Assembly: GCA_036785375.1 (NCBI GenBank)
Contig: JAWMAR010001196.1
Span: 124,001 to 167,867 of the forward strand
From: Leucoraja ocellata
Taxonomy: Eukaryota
Direction: 5' to 3'
Length of the DNA: 43,867 nt
In this document: in pieces, positions 10,350-21,020 of the stretch
How positions within the stretch are numbered: the stretch's first letter is position 1
Layout of the letters: every line of letters begins with the position of its first letter
The notes under the pieces: model-generated
The model's input: only the letters and a program-made list of their open reading frames with translations
What the model was told of the DNA's origin: nothing
Databases searched by the model: none
Translations under genes and position numbers: made by a program

Positions 10350-10645
10350 CATGTGGGCGGGACTTGCCCCGGAAGTCAGTCCGGATTTGACGTACGAAAT
10401 CCCCGCGAAAGGCCACCAATCACATCCTCATAGAGACTTCCGAGGGGAACTCGTTAACCATATCCGGGACTGCCCGTACCAGAAATGCGATTTGCTGTTC
10501 GGCAGTAGTCTGTCCGGTGGTCCTGCCGGGAAAGTCGCAAGGCGGACCGGCAGAGGGCCACAAATCGGACCTCACCTACTTCCGGTGGCAAATCGTTAAC
10601 CGGCGGCGGGCAAAAAGTAATGGCGGGCAGGTGTCCGGAAGCCCT
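10350..10645. promoter_or_regulatory. CpG-rich promoter-like motif cluster (GC box, ETS x3, CRE-like, E2F-like, CCAAT)
   Basis: GGGCGGGAC 10355, CCGGAAGT 10369, TGACGTA 10388, CCGCGAAA 10403, CCAAT 10416, ACTTCCGG 10578, CCGGAAG 10635. Confidence 0.45.
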
Positions 10646-10749
10646 TCAGCAAACTATTGGCAGTTAACTCTTCAGCTACATCAACCTCCAGGCACCGAAA
10701 CTAACCACCCGTACGGGAAACGAAAAGAGAAAATTCATTACCCAAATGG

Positions 10750-11230
10750 CGAACTCATGAACCAACTGGACAACTAATGAACCAAGTAGTGGCATTCATG
10801 AACCAAGCGGTGAACTCGTGAACCAAGTAGTGGCATTCATTAACCAAGCGGTGAACTCGTGAACCAAGCGCGAGAATTCATTAACCAAGTGGCGAACTCG
10901 TGAACCAAGTGCAATAATTCATGAACCAAATGGAGAACTCGTGAACCAAGCGCGATAATTCATGAACCAAATGGAGAACTCGTGAACCAAGTGCAATAAT
11001 TCATGAACCAAATGGAGAACTCGTGAACCAATTGGGTGAATTCATGAACCAATTGGACTAGTGAACCAAGTGGTGAACTCGTGAACCAAGCGCGATAATT
11101 CATGAACCAAACGGAGAACTACTGAACCAAGTCGGTCATTCATGAACCGAATGGAGAATTTGTGAACCAAGTGGGAAAATAATTAAACAATCCAAGTAAT
11201 TAATGAACATAATTGTGATCTCATGACCGA
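10750..11230 (+). repeat. Tandem array of ~20-bp TC(A/G)TGAACCAA units forming a 41-bp dimer
   Basis: GAACTCGTGAACCAAGTGCAATAATTCATGAACCAAATGGA repeated, degenerating at both ends; one more unit at ~11655-11677. Confidence 0.9.
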
Positions 11231-11443
11231 AGTGGGAGAATTCATTAACTTATCAGCTAACTAAACAAACGGGAGAATTCATGAAGTAGCCAAGTAACAG
11301 ACATTCGGTGCGCTGTCAGATCTGGGAGAATACATTAACCAATGGGTTTAGGGTTGAGGTCAGGGGTAACGGGGAAGTGGGTTAATTTTAGGCTTTGGTG
11401 TACGATTAATGTTTGGCTTAACATTGCAGACCTCTACGCAGGC

Positions 11444-11537
11444 CTGCAGTGCAGTGCATCACCACACGGTGGGAGTGTTGACCACTAAATGGGCGGGTCT
11501 GCAGTGCAGTGGATTACCACACGGTGGCAGTGTTGAC
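11444..11537 (+). promoter_or_regulatory. Two 39-bp direct repeats resembling full CTCF sites (upstream TGCAG plus core)
   Basis: CTGCAGTGCAGTG(C/G)AT(C/T)ACCACACGGTGG(G/C)AGTGTTGAC at 11444-11482 and 11499-11537. Confidence 0.5.
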
Positions 11538-11671
11538 TCAGATGCCAACGTTTGTAGAAGCCCTGAAACCAGTTAAGATTTGGGATGAAAATCAAGGATT
11601 TGCAGATGCTGGTTGGAATTACAGCGGGTCGGGCAGCATCTCTGTAGAACAATTCGCGATAATTCATGAAC

Positions 11672-12955
11672 CAAATGGATTTGTGCCTGGAAGGTCATGT
11701 TTGACTAATCTTCTTGAATTTTTTGAAGAGGTTACTAGGGAAATTGACGAGGGTAACGCAGTGGATGTTGTCTGTATGGACTTTAGTAAGGCCTTTGACA
11801 AGGTTCCTCATGGAAGGTTGGTTAAGAAGGTTCAACTGTTGGGTATAAATGCAGGAATAGCAAGATGGATTCAACAGTGGCTGAATGGGAGAAGCCAGAG
11901 GGTAATGGTGGATGGCTGTTTATCGGGTTGGAGGCAGGTGACTAGTGGGGTGCCTCAGGGATCTGTGTTGGGTCCTTTGTTGTTTGTCATGTACATCAAC
12001 GATCTGGATGAAGGTGTGGTAAATTGGATTAGTAAGTATGCAGATGATACCAAGATAGGGGGTGTTGTGGATAATGAAGAGGATTTCCAAAGTCTACAGA
12101 GTGATTTGGGCCATTTGGAAAAATGGGCTGAAAGATGGCAGATGGAGTTTAATGCTGATAAATGTGAGGTGCTACACCTTGGCAGGACAAATCAAAATAG
12201 GACGTACATGGTAATTGGTAGGGAATTGAAGAATACAGTTGAACAGAGGGATCTGGGTATAACCGTGCATAGTTCCTTGAAGGTGGAATCTCATATAGAT
12301 AGGGTGGTAAAGAAAGCTTTTGGTATGCTAGCCTTTATAAATCAGAGCATTGAGTATAGAAGCTGGGATGTCATGTTAAAATTGTACAAGGCATTGGTGA
12401 GGCCAAATCTGGAGTATGGTGTACAATTTTGGTCGCCAAATTATAGGAAGGTTGTCAACAAAATAGAGAGAGTACAGAGGAGATTTACTAGAATGTTGCC
12501 TGGGTTTCAGCAACTAAGTTACAGAGAAAGGTTGAACAAGTTAGGGCTTTATTCTTTGGAGCGCAGAAGGTTAAGGGGGGACCTGATAGAGGTCTTTAAA
12601 ATGATGAGAGGGATAGACAGAGTTGATGTGGACAAGCTTTTCCCTTTGAGAATAGGGAAGATTCAAACAAGAGGACATGACTTCAGAATTAAGGGACAGA
12701 AGTTTAGGGGTAATATGAGGGGGAACTTCTTTACGCAGAGAGTGGTGGCGGTGTGGAATGAGCTCCCAGTGGAACTGGTGGAGGCAGGTTCATTGGTATC
12801 ATTTAAAAATAAATTGGATAGGCATATGGATGAGAAGGGAATGGAGGGTTATGGTACGAGTGCAGGCAGGTGGGACTAAGGGGAAAAAAATTTGTTCGGC
12901 ATGGACTTGTAGGGCCGAGATGGCCTGTTTCCGTGCTGTAATTGTTATATGGTTA
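11672..12955 (+). mobile_element. CR1 LINE, 5'-truncated, with open RT frame (GTTATATG subfamily)
   Basis: GFVPGRSCLTNLLEFFEEV..DFSKAFDKV..SGVPQGSVLGPLLF..YADD..; ORF open to 12879; 3'UTR and tail. Confidence 0.95.
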
Positions 12956-13034
12956 ACATGGATAGGTGACATTTCAGCACAGGAACCTTCACATTTTACT
13001 AAAATAAATACATTAAGACAAACTAAAATATAGG

Positions 13035-13290
13035 TAGAACAGTTGCAGAGTTGATGTCTGGCAGTAGCAGTGACCTGGGTTTGACCCTGATCTCTGGTGC
13101 TGTCTGCACAGAGTTTGTATGCTCTCTCTGTGACCACAGACATTTCCTCTGGATGTTTGCTTTCCTCCCACATACCAAAGATGTGCAGGTTTGTAAGTTA
13201 GTCGGCTTCTGTAAATTGTCCCTAGTGTAGGTTAGGTATGGGTGATTGCTGGTCAGCATGGACTAAGTGAACCACTGAATGGGCTGGATT
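13035..13290 (+). mobile_element. tRNA-derived V-SINE-like element
   Basis: GACCTGGGTTTGACCC B-box-like, then GCTGTCTG..GAGTTTG..TTTCCTCCCACA..CCAAAGATGTGCAGGT..TAAATTGTCCCTAGTGT (V-domain pattern). Confidence 0.75.
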
Positions 13291-13377
13291 AATACATTGT
13301 AATTGGCTTAAAATTAAGGCCATGAATATTACACTATAACTTTAGCACTAATTTAACCAGGGAATATAACTAGGTCT

Positions 13378-14122
13378 AAACAGTGCTGGAGGTACTCAGT
13401 GGGTCAGGCACCATCTGTCTGACACAAAGTGGATGGACAGACATTTTGGGTCAGGAACCTTCTTCAGACTGATGGAATAGGTCAGAGAAAGTGGGGAGAG
13501 AGAAGGGAGCAGGACAAAGCCAGGCGAGTGACAGGTGGATACAGGTGAGGGGGTGGTTGGCAGATGGATGGAGTAGTGACAGAGGCTGGAGGTGAAAAGG
13601 ACATAAAGGTTGTCAGATAAGGAGATGAGAGCATTGAAATGATAAGCCAGAGAGATGGATATGGGTGCAAGGGGAAGGAGGAAAATATAAGATTCAGGAA
13701 TGAGAGATGAGCGTACAGAGGGGTAGGAGCGGTGACTGAGTTGTTGGGGAAGTGTGGACACCAGTGTGGGGGTGCAGGGTAAGATGGGAGTTTCCATCAG
13801 CATACTCATCTCCCTCTCAAAGTGCCACATTTCCCTTTTACCCCCTTCAGCCCCACCCTGTCCCATTACACATGTATATCTCCCTCAAGCTTTACATTTC
13901 ACAGCTCCTCGCCTTCTGAAACATTCTTACCTCTCAATCTCCAGCCGTTGTCACTTACTCCACAATCAACCCCTCACCTTATCCACCCATCACTTGCTAA
14001 GCATTACCTCACCTTACCTCACTTTCCCACCTTTCCCCCACTCCAGTCTGAAGGATTACAAACAGATACATCTATCCATTTGCTCCGCAGATGCTGCCTG
14101 GCCCACCAAGTTCCTCCAGCAC
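13378..14122. mobile_element. Penelope-derived non-autonomous repeat with inverted arms
   Basis: Left GTGCTGGAGGTACTCAGTGGGTCAGGCACCATCTG..CTTCAGACTG mirrored by right CAGTCTGAAG..CAGATGCTGCCTGGCCCACC..CTCCAGCAC; purine-rich then pyrimidine-rich halves. Confidence 0.55.
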
Positions 14123-14129
14123 TCAAAAT

Positions 14130-14805
14130 TCACTTTTAAAACAGCCAAAGAACATTTTAAATATTTGGGAATTGAAATCAATAGAAAATATCAAGCTACG
14201 TATAACGCTAATTATAGTCCCTTACTTAAGAAATTAAATACTTTAATTAAATTCTGGAAAACGTTTCCTATGTCTTTAATAGGTCGAATAAATACTATAA
14301 AATTATCTTTATACCACAGATTCTATACCTATTTCAATCAATCCCTATATATCTACCAACAAAGATTTCTTTTTAAACTGGACTCAGACATTATAACATT
14401 TTATATGGGACTATAAATCCCACAGAATACTAATAACTAACTTGAGGAAAACTAAATAATTGGGTGGTTTAACACTTCCTAAATTTATGTACGATTACTG
14501 GGCAGTAAATGTCAAAAATATGATCCACCTGATGGACAATTCTGCCCAGCAGATGGATTGGATTATAATGGAGTGAGAGGACTGCTCCCCTTGTAATATT
14601 GGAGCGACTCTCCTCTCACCAATCAACTTGAATAACACTAATTATAATAAAAATCCAATTATACACAGTACAATTAGAACCTGGAAACAAATAAAACATA
14701 ACCTAACATTAAGAAATCTATCTCTGTTATCTCCAATAGTTAATAACCCACCGTTTAAACCCTCTATTATAGATAAATCATTTACACAATGGGACAGAAT
14801 AGGAA
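14130..14805 (+). mobile_element. L1/Tx1-clade LINE ORF2 fragment, degraded
   Basis: FKYLGIEI..NYSPLLKK..W..P.SLIGRINTIK, GGL.LP motifs, with frameshifts; truncated at the DIRS terminus. Confidence 0.8.
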
Positions 14806-17610
14806 TTTTACTTCGGAGTCACGTGAGTGACCACGTGAAGATGGCCGTCCAGGCGCATGCGGGTCATCTCGTCAGACGCATTGCGCTGCCACCGCGGTAG
14901 GAGGTGTGGAACCTCTAAGCGGTGAGTGAAGGAAAACATGGACGTAAGTCTTTTCTACTTCTACTTTCAGGCTGCTTTTCTTCGGAGACTGCGTGCAGAG
15001 ACACAGGCAAGTCTTATGTATGGAGAAAGGTGGGAGGAAGAATAGTAAGCGCATCGCAGTAAGCACTCAATAAGACAAAGTGTCTGAGAGTAGCGGGCGC
15101 CCGACTAAAATGTCGATTGTAAAGAAATTACTATTTTACACGGGAGGGGAAAAGTCCCGTTGAAACTTTCATAGGGAGCAAGGCCATAAAGAAATAACAG
15201 ACCTGGAAGACTATGTGGAGTCTGAACTATAGAATTTATAAACTGGAATTCCTCATGGGTAAAACAAACTCCAGAAGGAGTATAAAAGACGTGGCTTAAA
15301 GAGCAACCGCATGAGGTTCTGGGAAACGTTGGCCCAGATTTGAGCCAGCGAACGAAATGCCTGATGATAAAGATGAATATATGGGCTGACCTGACACGGA
15401 GGCAGCACCAGAAATGTCTGAAAGACAATACAGGCCTTGGTCTACAGGAGACACAGAATATGGAGCAGCACCCAAAAGTGGGCTGCCAATATACAGCTCA
15501 AATGAAGAGCTTGATGTAGCCAAAGAGGGACAAAAAAGCGTCGGCCTATAATAGAGCCATCGCATGAAATACCTGATGATGAATATCCAAGTGAAACCCA
15601 TTATGAGGAGGAATATCCAGATTACTCTGATAATGAACCAGTTGAGGGACAGAACCCAAAGCAAAAAATAAAAATGACAGTGCTGGTCCAAAAGTTCTAT
15701 AGTCTCAGACACAAGGGACAACATCTTCCAGAGGAAATAGCAGAGAGTATAAATTACCTGCTTTCCCATCAATCACAAGATGCAACAATGGATGAAGTTA
15801 TGAACAAATATGAAATCCCGCAGACCTGTGCTCTGCTTGGAGTGCCAGCTGTTAACAAAGAAGTGTGGAAATATATGGGCATTGTAGTAAGAGCTCAAGA
15901 AATTAGATTACAGCGGGAATTAAGATTGATTGGTTCAAATATTACGGCATTTGTCAAAGATCTGGAAGAAGGAAATGGGACAATGGTACAACAGGATGTA
16001 ATGGGAATGATGTGTAATGCACATTTTGAAATAAACTGTATTTGTAAAACTGCGTTAAGACCTAACATACAATCTAAGTTTGCAGGGCTCTGTAAACCAT
16101 CTAATATACAATTGCCAAATGTACTCATTGGAGAAGAGCTTGCCAAATAACTAAAGGTTCTCAACGAAGAATCAAAAACCATCGGGATGATGAAACCACC
16201 GATGTTTGCAGCACAGCTAGAAGGCAATATCCATACCGAAGGGGAACTGGTGATTGAACAAGTCGCTCGGACTCACATACAAGATATGGACATACAACCC
16301 CAGGACGTGGAGGTCATGGTATTTCCACAAGGGGAAATGTACAAAAAGTGACACCAGTAAACTCTGAGGTAGGTGGCTCTGGTTCTGAAAGAAACATATC
16401 AGATGTATCATACTTACAAGTTGGGGGTAGGTTACAATTATTTTTAAAAGAATGGAAACTAATAACATCTGATGCATATATACTGTGCAGAATTATGAGG
16501 TTTAGAATTTAATTTTACCAGAATTAAAATCCACCTACACAACATATTACTAAAAGAATATATTCCTGCTCTAAAGAAGAGATGAGAAGAATTAAAATAG
16601 AAATTGAGATTTGGAGTAAAAAAGGGGTAATAGAGAAAACAACATCAAAACCATCACTTTGTATCTAGTATTTTCTCTAGAACAAAAAAGGATTGGGGGT
16701 ACTAGAATCATTTTGGACCTCACAAGTCTTACCTCTTTTGTGCAGTATAAACATTTCAAAATGGAGACTTGTACTAATGCTTTGCAATTAATTTCAACAG
16801 AATGCTATATGGCAAGCATTGATCTCCAAGATGCACATAATTCTGTTGTGGTGCATGTGCAACATCGCAGATATTTGAAATGTGTCTGGATGTCTCAAAT
16901 GTGGCAGTTTAAAGCCCCAGATTGTTTACAAAACTGTTGAAGTCCATTTTAGCATTGTTAAGAACTCAAGGCCATTTGATAATGGCTTATTTGGATGACA
17001 TTTTAATTGTGGGAGATACTGAAGCCATGACAGAAGCTTCTGTTTTAAAAAGTAAACCTCACATTTCAAAGAATGGGATTTGTCATTCATTCAGAGATAT
17101 CCAGACTGACACCTAACAAAATAATTGATTACTTGGGGTTCACTATTGATTCAGAACACAAGACAGTGAGCTTACCCAAGGACAAAAAGTTGCAAGTGAT
17201 TAAGGGTTGTAAGGAGTTAATTGCAGGCAAACAACCATCAATCAGTCAAGTAGCAAATCTAATTCGCAAGTTAATTGCTTCATTTCCAGCTGTTCAGTTT
17301 GGACCACTGCATTATCAGACAGCTACAGTGCGCAAAGATATCAGTATTGGGAAGACATGCTGGACGTTACGATAGGCCTATACAACTAACTAACACAGCA
17401 ATTGAGGATATAAAATGGTGGATTAATAATGTGGATTACTCTTACAGGAAAATTCAGAATGAATCACACCCTACCATTTTATAAACAGATGCAAGTGCAC
17501 TGGAATGGGGAGCTGCGGATGCCATCTCAAGCTGTGGAGGTAGATGGAATGCAGAGGAAGAACCTTTGCTCGAGACATATGGCATAAATTATCTTTAATT
17601 ACTAAGTGTA
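14806..17610 (+). mobile_element. DIRS-type (tyrosine recombinase) retrotransposon, degraded and 3'-truncated
   Basis: Terminus TTTTACTTCGGAGTCACGTGAG; gag-like ORF 15674-16150 (VPAVN.EVW..CNAHFEIN); RT GG.RIILDL..HFKME..SIDL.DA..AYLDDILI; RNase H DAS..WGA; no recombinase part seen. Confidence 0.85.
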
Positions 17611-17718
17611 TTGCTTCACAAAGCCCGTCGATTTAAAAGTACTGATGTTCGAGGTGCACAATTTGCGGGTGAATTTGTTGATGTGAATCGGTGTACTGGT
17701 TCACGATGCCCGTCGATT

Positions 17719-18013
17719 TGTTACGGGTCCAGTCATTGCTACACTGGATAGAATGATCATATCTGTGGGCTATAATAACATGTTTTGTTATAATTAGTCA
17801 AGCAGAGTAGACAGGGACACAGACCAAACTAGATGTTGCATATCCCATGGACCTTGGGTTGCGTGTGATCATGCATCTACACCAGTATGTCAAGGTCCCT
17901 AAGAGCATCATAGACTCTGACTAGCAATATTGTTAGTTACATTAAACCTCGTTAGAAGGAATCACTACGAACGTTCAGCAGTACGCCAATCCTCGGGGAC
18001 TATTCCCGTAGCT
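17719..18013 (+). mobile_element. Solo-LTR-like segment (~295 bp)
   Basis: Begins TGTTACGGG, ends CCCGTAGCT (imperfect terminal inverted repeat), ATTAAA at 17941; flanks do not form a TSD. Confidence 0.45.
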
Positions 18014-20143
18014 CCAGATGGACTATTACCGTACGGTTTGGGGCATGCTGCATGGGTGGCAGTGAGCCAGCAAATTCTATTTGGAACCCATCTGTACTGT
18101 GCAGTCTGAACAAGTCAGATGTTACCCACCACCACTCATGCAAAAAGAAACGTAACCTCCCACCAACATGCGTTAGACCCACAACCCAAATGTTACATAG
18201 TGAACCAGACCCACCTACCTCCGTTTTAGTTGGATTCTGGATTGTTATTTCCTTCCCTGATGTTTGGGGATTTGAGGTGCTGGTATGCGCCAGCTGCGCA
18301 TCTTGGCTGTCGGCCGGTTCGGGCCATGTCCTAATAAAGACTTCCTGCCGGTTCTTTCAGTCCTCGAGCTGAAGGTGGTTCCCACAGACAGTCTAGTGCT
18401 GGTCGAGGCATACGGGTGCTGGCGTTGAAACGATGACTGTCTGTTTGCTGGTGGAGTCCAAAGTAGCCCCACAGCCTTCGACTCGTCGTCCTGATCCTTC
18501 ACCTGCCTGGATAGGTCTTCTCCAAACAGTAAATAGGGCGGCTGCACATTACTGGACTTGTACAACCCTGCAAACTTGGGGTTGAGAACAGGACGAATGG
18601 CATTCTTGCAAAAGCAATTCATTTCAAATTGTGCATTACACAACAATGCCATTGCGTCCCGTTGAGCCTTAGATATGCACAGCTGTCCGCCGACCTGGCC
18701 ACAGCTGTCCACCGACCTGGCCACTGCTGTCCACTGACCTGGCCACAGCTGTCCACCGACCTGGCCACTGCTGTCCACCGACCTGGCCACTGCTGTCCAC
18801 CGACCTGGCCACAGCTGTCCACCGACCTGGCCACTGCTGTCCACTGACCTGGCCACTGCTGTCCACCGACCTGGCCACTGCTGTCCACCGACCTGGCCAC
18901 AGCTGTCCACTGACCTGGCCACAGCTGTCCACCAACCTGGCCACAGCTCTCCACCGACCTGGCCACTGCTGTCCACCGACCTGGCCACAGCTGTCCACCG
19001 ACCTGGCCACTGCTGTCCACCGACCTGGCCACTGCTGTCCACCGTCCTGGCCACTGCTCTCCACCGACCTGGCCACTGCTGTCCACCGACCTGGCCACTG
19101 CTGTCCACCGACCTGGCCACAGCTGTCCACCGACCTGGCCACAGCTGTCCACCGACCTGGCCACTGCTGTCCACCGACCTGGCCACTGCTGTCCACCAAC
19201 CTGGCCACTGCTGTCCACCCCGATGCCAGCAGGTTCAGGATTCTCTGTAATTTGACCTCTTGGGCCAATGTAGCTCCAGATGGAACTGTTCACCGCCGGT
19301 ACCTTGAGGGAGGCACAGTTGCTGGGCGCATGGTACCTCATGGCTGTCTCCATCATCACCTGCTCTTGAAGCTGGTGGCAAGCAAGGTAATTAATGCTGG
19401 CCGCCAGCTCTTCATCCAGCGGCTCCCCAACCAGCGACGACATTGCAAACTTGGAGACCATGGTTGGCACATGCACATCTCGCGGGTCCCTTATCGAACG
19501 TTCTCCCCGCATCTCAGTGCAATGCGAGTCTGCCCAGGACTGGTGGTCTACACTCCCATCCTTGGATGGGGAGACATAATGTAGCCCTGCACCAGGCGCT
19601 GCTGTGGGCCCCCGAGACCCGCTGTGATATGACTCCCGACCGAGGAGCATATCATGTTGGAGTATCTTCTCCATAAGATTCTCCACTCGGGAAAGGCGTA
19701 CGACAACACTCCCCGTAGGAGGAGGCGAACCCTCCCGGCCGGACTCATCCGAGTCAACCGGCCTGTTGGACTTGTCCTTCCCGACCCACAGGGTAGCCAC
19801 AGTGCTCTCCATGGGCACCAAGCCCGAAGTCGCTGGCTGCGCTGTCAGCGACTGCGATGGTGAAACGGAATGCCGCCCGCTGACCGCACTCCCGCGGTCT
19901 TCCGAAGCGGTTCTCCTTGCGAGACTTCACCCTCGCCTTATCCATGATGTTCTTGCTGTAACAAGACAGAAGACAAAACGACCGCAGACTAAGTTCAAGA
20001 ACTTACCTGGAGGTCTTTTGAAACTTACCGCTGGTGAAGCGACGCGCTTGCCAGCCAGTCAGAGCACCATGCGTTAGACAGAATGACGTGCATGCGGGCT
20101 GACGGGGTCTTCACGTATTCATTCACGTGACCCCGAAGTAAAA
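18014..20143 (-). mobile_element. Second DIRS-type element (5' part: terminus, gag, start of RT)
   Basis: Minus-strand terminus TTTTACTTCGGGGTCACGTGAA; gag LAASINYL..LKVPAVNSSIW..LCNAQFEMN..LFGEDL; RT start VGGRLRFF..W. Confidence 0.85.
18678..19219. repeat. 22-bp minisatellite (~24.5 copies) inside DIRS gag
   Basis: Unit ACCTGGCCAC(T/A)GCTGTCCACCG; explains the three overlapping repetitive ORFs. Confidence 0.97.
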
Positions 20144-20952
20144 TGGGGATAAATATGAGGTTATCCACTTTGGTAGCAACAACAGGAAGGCAGATTATTA
20201 TCTAAATGTTATCAAGTTGGGAAAAGGGGAAGTACAACGGGATCTGGGGGTCCTTGTACATCAGTCAATTAAAGTAAGCATGCAGTTACAGCAGGCAGTG
20301 AAGAAAGCGAATGGCATGTTGGCCTTCATAATAAGAGGAGTTGAGTATAGGAGCAAACGGGTCCTTCTGCAGTTGTACAGAGCCCTAGTGAGACCATACC
20401 TGGAGTATTGTGTGCAGTTTTGGTCCCCTAATTTGAGGAAGAACATTCTTGCTATTGAGGGAGTGCAACATAGGTTTACAAGGTTAATTCCCGGGATGGC
20501 ACTGTGATATACTGAGAGAATGGAGCAACTGGGCTTGTACACTCTGGAATTTAGAAGGATGAGCGGGGATCTTATTGAAACCCTGAATAATCTTATCAGA
20601 TTATTACAGGTTTGGACACGTGAGAGGCAGGAAACATGTTCCCGATGTTGGGGGAGTCCAGAACCAGGGGCCACAGTTTAAGAATAGGGGGTAAGCCATT
20701 TAGAACGGAGATGAGGAAACACTTTTTCACACAGAGAGTTGTGAGTCTGTGGAATTCTCTGCCTCAGTGGGCAATGGAGGCCGATTATCTGGATGTTTTT
20801 AAGAGAGAGCTTGATAGGGCTCTTAAAGATAGTGGTTGGGTGATATGGGGAGAAGGCAGGAACTGATTGGGGATGATCAGCCATGATCACGTTGAACGGC
20901 GGTGCTGGCTTCAGGGCCGAATGGCCTACTCCTGCACCTATTGTCTATTGTG
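20144..20952 (+). mobile_element. CR1 LINE 3' fragment (CTATTGT tail subfamily)
   Basis: ORF2 C-terminal motifs with frameshifts; 3'UTR GGATGATCAGCCATGATCAC..CCTACTCCTGCACCTATTGTCTATTG. Confidence 0.9.
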
Positions 20953-21020
20953 TCCATTTATTCCACAGATGATGCCTGACCCACCAATTACTCCAGCACT
21001 GTTGTTCCTGATATAGTGGT

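Larger units (their letters stand above)
10110..11671. other. Unclassified non-coding module (probable mobile-element terminus) with promoter-like motifs, repeat array and CTCF-like sites
   Basis: No credible ORF; abuts the 28S fragment on the left and a truncated CR1 on the right; internal repeats listed separately. Confidence 0.4.

Noticed and set aside
10750-11230. CRISPR-like repeat/spacer appearance
   Set aside because: Inter-core segments are only ~8-10 nt and themselves repeat; eukaryotic context; no cas genes
18245-19821. Three overlapping repetitive ORFs as a novel repeat protein
   Set aside because: Product of a 22-bp minisatellite in a frameshifted DIRS gag
14806-20143. One intact DIRS element with inverted terminal repeats
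   Set aside because: Contains two opposed gag genes, no recombinase, and unrelated flanks
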